IMG/VR virus record: IMGVR_UViG_3300020183_000011
DNA length: 64,000 nucleotides
Direction: 5' to 3' (one strand)
DNA from: a virus
Shown here: one piece after another, positions 63,737 through 64,000 of the stretch
Layout of the letters: each line of letters opens with the position of its first letter
How positions within the stretch are numbered: position 1 is the first letter of the stretch
Notes under the pieces: model-generated
What the model was told of the DNA's origin: nothing
The model's input: only the letters and a program-made list of their open reading frames with translations
Databases searched by the model: none
Translations under genes and position numbers: made by a program

Positions 63737-64000
63737 ATGCCAAAGACCCTACAACATAGACGAGATACCACATCTAACCTAGCTTCCGAGACCGGGAGTA
63801 TAGGTGAGATTTTTATGGATACGACGAAGAACACACTCGTCGTCATGGATGGAAGTACTGCTGGTGGCCACCCATTAGCATTAGAAGGCGCTGGCGGAGC
63901 TGGTGCAACTGGTGCAACTGGTGCCGCTGGTGCAACTGGTGCCGCTGGATCTAATGGAGCTGCTGGTGCAACTGGTGCCGCTGGATCTAATGGAGCTGCT
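63737..64000 (+). CDS. 5' part of a collagen-like fibre protein with an Mtd_N-like N-terminus (runs off the window)
   Basis: MPKTLQHRRDTT...G.IGEIFMDTTK.TLVV.DG.TAGGHPLA followed by Gly-X-Y repeats. Confidence 0.75.
   Translation, partial: MPKTLQHRRDTTSNLASETGSIGEIFMDTTKNTLVVMDGSTAGGHPLALEGAGGAGATGATGAAGATGAAGSNGAAGATGAAGSNGAA

Noticed and set aside
63737-64000. Mtd-like N-terminus suggesting a diversity-generating retroelement
   Set aside because: No reverse transcriptase and no adenine-specific TR/VR pair are seen in the window; this domain is a generic fibre anchor.
1-64000. Stop-codon reassignment, introns or inteins
   Set aside because: Core genes are full-length in the standard code, with TAA, TAG and TGA all used as stops; no split genes or homing endonucleases were recognised.

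Overview
This is a 64 kb segment of a large T4-like (Tevenvirinae/cyanomyovirus-like) dsDNA myophage, AT-rich and using the standard genetic code; the host is probably a proteobacterium. Layout: (1) 1-12.4 kb is an accessory host-envelope and metabolism region. It holds an rmlB-like fragment, erpA and iscU, two YvrJ/BhlA-like membrane proteins, csgF, csgG, two curlin-repeat proteins flanking a FecR-domain protein, a PlcP-like phosphoesterase plus Agt-like GT4 pair, a CHASE2 class III adenylate cyclase and an S11 peptidase. (2) 12.4-24.1 kb holds early/middle and replication genes: tRNA-Ile2(CAU), dsbA, rnh, a DenV-like protein, GH19 endolysin, SleB, ClpP, and genes 33, 59 and 32. These are driven by a repeated sigma70-like promoter. 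(3) 24.1-29.7 kb is a minus-strand block with tape-measure-like, gp51/gp26-like, gp16-like, gp54, gp2 and gp4 genes. (4) 29.7-51.7 kb is the baseplate module (gp48, 53, hub, 5, PAAR, 25, 6, 7, 8, DUF4815-like) with an AT-rich insert after gp5. (5) 51.7-64 kb holds tail fibre, adhesin and collagen cassettes with three 2OG-Fe(II) oxygenases. The most striking candidates are a phage-encoded curli-like secretion and amyloid locus linked to FecR and a CHASE2 cyclase, a phage-encoded PlcP-Agt phospholipid-to-glycolipid remodelling pair, a lambda G/GT-like -1 frameshift upstream of the tape-measure gene, widespread leaderless gene starts, an ATT-initiated RNase H, and several unannotated structured RNA elements. 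All calls come from motif recognition by eye; no database searches were run.
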